Origin: Planctomycetales bacterium
Lineage (GTDB): Bacteria; Planctomycetota; Planctomycetia; Pirellulales; Pirellulaceae
Direction of reading: 5' to 3'
NCBI GenBank assembly: GCA_020426925.1
Contig: JAGQPC010000229.1
Location: forward strand, 1-49,771
Length of the DNA stretch: 49,771 bases
A model generated the notes under the pieces. It had not been told where the DNA came from and made no database searches. It saw only the letters and a list, made by a program, of their open reading frames with translations. Positions 47,074 to 49,771 of this stretch are shown here, one piece after another (the first letter of the stretch is position 1; each line of letters opens with the position of its first letter). A program made the translations under genes and the position numbers.

Positions 47074-48744
47074 TTAGTGATTGAGAATGAATTCGTTGCT
47101 GTTAAGTAATGCCCACCAAAGATCTTGGAGCGTGTCCTTTTCGTTCCACTTGGAAAGTTGTCGCAACTGTTCGACGGACTTTCTCTCTTGTCGGGTCGGC
47201 ATTCGAGAGAACGCAGCAAGGTAAAGCTGATTGACTTTTCGCGTGAACTTTTCATCGGTCTCTAGGACCGAATGTAAAAAGCTACCTCGACTGGCGTCTG
47301 TGGCTTTCTTGATCAAGTCGCCGTTGAACATCATCAATGTCTGCGGGATCGTGCCGTCGAAAGTCGTTGACTCATCACCTTCGTCGGTACCGAATGCCTT
47401 GGAGAACTGGTCGAGCCATTCTTGGCGAGTCTGCTCTCGTTTTTCATTGCTCTTGTCGCCTGCGGCATCGGCACGAGTGGCAACAAGCAACGATTCGTAA
47501 AGCTGTTCTGCGGTCATCTGGCGAACGTAGAAGTGTGAAAACTTTGGCGATTCACCCAGAGTCGGATCGTCCATTGCGTTTTCTGCCGTCATTCGGCTCG
47601 ACAGAGAATACGCCTCCGACAATGCGATCCAGGACATCAGCTGCTTCAGATCGTAGCTGTGCGTACGGAATTCACGACCTAAATAGTCCAGAAGTTCGGG
47701 GTGGGATGGAGCATTGTGCGGCCCCATGTCGTCGATAGGCTTTGTAAATCCATAACCCAGAAAGTGAGCCCACATACGATTTGCGATTGCTAACGGCAAC
47801 AGGTCCGATTTAGTAACGAGAGCCGCAAGTTTCGCTCGCCGATTGATATCGGAAAGGTAGCCGCTTGGATTTATCGTCGTGCCATCGACGAATTTGGGAA
47901 TCGCTGCTTCAAGCTTTCCGTTTCGCAATTCGTAAAAGATCCTTCCCTCCTCAGGACGGAGTGGCCGATCCTCGCCAGCGAAATCTTGATCGGTTAGCTG
48001 GACGTAACTGACATCGTTCGTGCCGCTTTGAAATCGCCTGAGTGCCACGGTCTGACGAAAGAAGGAATTCATCTGCCAGTATTGATTCTGTTTCCATTCA
48101 TTGAATGGATGGTTGTGGCATTGCGTGCATTGCACTTGAAGCCCAAGAAATATGCGTGACGTGTGCGCTGTCGCCTGTGAAGCCTTTTCGTCTAACTTGC
48201 CGCAAAGAAAGTTGACGGCTCCGTTGAAGTTTTCTGAATTGGGTGAACTATCGCCGGTTGCCGAGATTAGCTCGTGGACCATCGTGTCGTATGGCTTGTT
48301 GGTCGCGAAACAGGCACGAAGGTAGATCTGCATTCCGCGTCGGCTCGTTACAGAGTTGCGTTCTTGGCCACCGGTTCGACCAATCAGAATGTTGGTCCAG
48401 ATCGTTGACCAGTTGCGAATGTAATCTTGCGCGTATTCCTTTTCGTACAGAAGCTCGTGCACCAGTTCAGCGTTTTTGTTTGCATCCCTGCTTACTGCAA
48501 ATTGCTGTGCTTCAGATTCGGTTGGGATTCGGCCAAGGATGTCGAGAAACAACCGGCGACAGAACTCTTCGTCCGTTGCTGTCTTGGATGGAGTGATCTC
48601 GAAATCTGTCCAAACGGCCTGGACTCGCCGATTTATTTGATCTACTTGGGGCGGGAGAGACTTGGCCGCTTCGCGAGCACTTGCAACGCACGAAAGTGCA
48701 CAGACAAAAAAATAGAACAAGCTTCTAGTTAGGCGAAAGTGCAT
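47074..48744 (-). CDS. DUF1549/DUF1553 family protein (partner of the DUF1501 gene)
   Basis: Motifs RRLFLDILGRIPTESEAQQF, CTQCHNHPFNEWKQNQYW, and C-terminus LWWALLNSNEFILNH. The ATG at 48744 gives a signal-like MHFRLTRSLFYFFVCALSCVASA. The longest ORF reaches 48870. Confidence 0.85.
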   Translation of the reverse strand: MHFRLTRSLFYFFVCALSCVASAREAAKSLPPQVDQINRRVQAVWTDFEITPSKTATDEEFCRRLFLDILGRIPTESEAQQFAVSRDANKNAELVHELLYEKEYAQDYIRNWSTIWTNILIGRTGGQERNSVTSRRGMQIYLRACFATNKPYDTMVHELISATGDSSPNSENFNGAVNFLCGKLDEKASQATAHTSRIFLGLQVQCTQCHNHPFNEWKQNQYWQMNSFFRQTVALRRFQSGTNDVSYVQLTDQDFAGEDRPLRPEEGRIFYELRNGKLEAAIPKFVDGTTINPSGYLSDINRRAKLAALVTKSDLLPLAIANRMWAHFLGYGFTKPIDDMGPHNAPSHPELLDYLGREFRTHSYDLKQLMSWIALSEAYSLSSRMTAENAMDDPTLGESPKFSHFYVRQMTAEQLYESLLVATRADAAGDKSNEKREQTRQEWLDQFSKAFGTDEGDESTTFDGTIPQTLMMFNGDLIKKATDASRGSFLHSVLETDEKFTRKVNQLYLAAFSRMPTRQERKSVEQLRQLSKWNEKDTLQDLWWALLNSNEFILNH

Positions 48745-49056
48745 ACCAGCAAGAACAAACGGGGTCTGACAAGAAAGCTGTTCCATACATCTGTTTACAG
48801 AGCGATCATCAGAATCCAATGTACTCATTGGCTGCGGGCGTCGGCGGGGACTCGTTCCCGGTGGATGCATTTTTCGATGCGAGCCGATCCTTTCAGTGTC
48901 AAAAACGATCTAAACAGAAAACGTGGATCGGCAGCAAAAACATTCCTGTTTTGGCGAGGTATCGCAGAATCTGGCGGTCATTTCAGCCGACAAGAAGACG
49001 CTGGAGAGTGTTGCAAAAAAGAGCAGTTAACTGCATGTGTTGCAAAATGACACAGT

Positions 49057-49100
49057 CAAAATAAAACAGGCGACCTGAAACTTGCATTTCAGCTCGCCTG
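49057..49100 (-). terminator. Rho-independent terminator (minus strand)
   Basis: CAGGCGACCTGAAA (49067-49080) pairs with TTTCAGCTCGCCTG (49087-49100) with one mismatch and a 6-nt loop. On the minus strand it is followed by TTTTATTTTG. Confidence 0.65.
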
Positions 49101-49339
49101 CTACCTTTGCGGAGATCGCCAAGACGATCGTCCCTCGGGGTGCCTCAAATCTCTGTTCTTGCCTCGATTCTCTGCAAATCCCGAGTTTTTCCGCTATTCC
49201 GATCAGAGGTCCTCTTCTAAACCGACCCCGGCAAAAATGCCACTTCTCAACTCCGGCCCCGGCAATGATCTCTGATTATGTTTTATGCATAGTGCATGCG
49301 TCGTGCCAAAACAAAAAATAATCAGCAGGTCTGGTTGTC

Positions 49340-49612
49340 TCACCTGTTTTTCGGCTTCCTGAATGCCCTAGACACAGGATGGTTTGGGTTGCGACGAGTG
49401 AATCGGATGACTCGATGAACAAGGCTGACAACTACCAGGACGACGACAGGAGCCGCGAGCGAAAAAATCACGAAAACGCTCCGAGTGCTCGTGCTGCCCG
49501 TTTCTTCGGATTTGTATGCGTAGCGGGCTCCAGCCGCAGTAATGGCGCAAACGAGCGTCAGCATCATCAGGGACCACAGGCCGTTAACTCGGAATTGTCG
49601 ACGCTTATGCAT
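49340..49612 (-). CDS. Small membrane protein (90 aa, two predicted TM helices), hypothetical
   Basis: Hydrophobic segments LWSLMMLTLVCAITAAG and VFVIFSLAAPVVVLVVVSLV with basic flanks. A terminator lies about 240 nt downstream. Confidence 0.45.
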   Translation of the reverse strand: MHKRRQFRVNGLWSLMMLTLVCAITAAGARYAYKSEETGSTSTRSVFVIFSLAAPVVVLVVVSLVHRVIRFTRRNPNHPVSRAFRKPKNR

Positions 49613-49771
49613 TGCAAGTTATCTATTGCTGTGGAATCGCTCAATTATTCCGTGTGTCCTGACGATGACAGTTATACGGGATAATCGTCCACGCTAGCGG
49701 AATGTCACGACGCTCGAAAGTCTAGTCCGCAGAGCATGGCAGACCACGAACACGAGAGTCAAAGAAATGAA

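Noticed and set aside
47061-47255. 65-codon N-terminal extension of the DUF1501 ORF
   Set aside because: It overlaps the 3' end of the DUF1549/DUF1553 gene. The ATG at 47060 gives a canonical Tat signal 13 nt after the upstream stop.
49737-49771. ATG GCA GAC CAC GAA... possible start of a plus-strand gene at the window edge
   Set aside because: Only 11 codons are visible, which is not enough to support a call.
1-49771. Search for CRISPR arrays, IS elements/transposases, integrases, tRNA/rRNA genes and recognisable phage-defence genes
   Set aside because: I saw no regularly spaced repeats, no transposase- or integrase-like ORFs, and no cloverleaf-like or rRNA-like sequences in the intergenic regions I read. 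Short elements could still be missed without tRNAscan or Infernal.

Overview
The window is 49.8 kb of chromosomal DNA. Its gene content points to a Planctomycetota (Pirellulales-like) genome, which is an inference: two PSCyt/DUF1549/DUF1553 + DUF1501 cassettes, giant envelope proteins, a MoxR-DUF58-transglutaminase operon and prenyltransferase-repeat proteins. All homology calls come from motifs I recognise by eye in the ORF track; no searches were run.

I support 26 protein-coding genes, one of them truncated at the window start and absent from the ORF track. I found no rRNA, tRNA, CRISPR array, transposase or integrase.

Two regions stand out.

(1) 14.5-27.4 kb is an inorganic-carbon acquisition island. 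A textbook sigma54 -24/-12 promoter (TGGCAC-N5-TTGC, 17682-17697) precedes a tightly packed operon: dabA (DUF2309), a NuoL-like dabB, an extra NuoM-like antiporter subunit, an ICMT-like methyltransferase, and a SulP transporter carrying a C-terminal PII-like domain. A histidine kinase and an NtrC-type sigma54 activator are transcribed divergently from it. An E. coli Can-like beta-carbonic anhydrase converges on it.

(2) 29.6-40.3 kb is a minus-strand operon. It encodes three paralogous modules of about 1000-1200 aa, each built as signal peptide, large ectodomain and a C-terminal three-helix membrane anchor. Two of the modules are fused into a single 2243-aa protein. The genes are translationally coupled (ATGA) and are followed by an ExbD with no ExbB in the window. 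I recognise no family for the modules.

Smaller items:
- an in-frame TAA inside a DUF1501 gene
- an orphan promoter plus intrinsic terminator bracketing about 140 nt of non-coding sequence
- a redoxin / cytochrome c / Cu-monooxygenase-like / EF-hand fusion protein
- several start-codon reassignments
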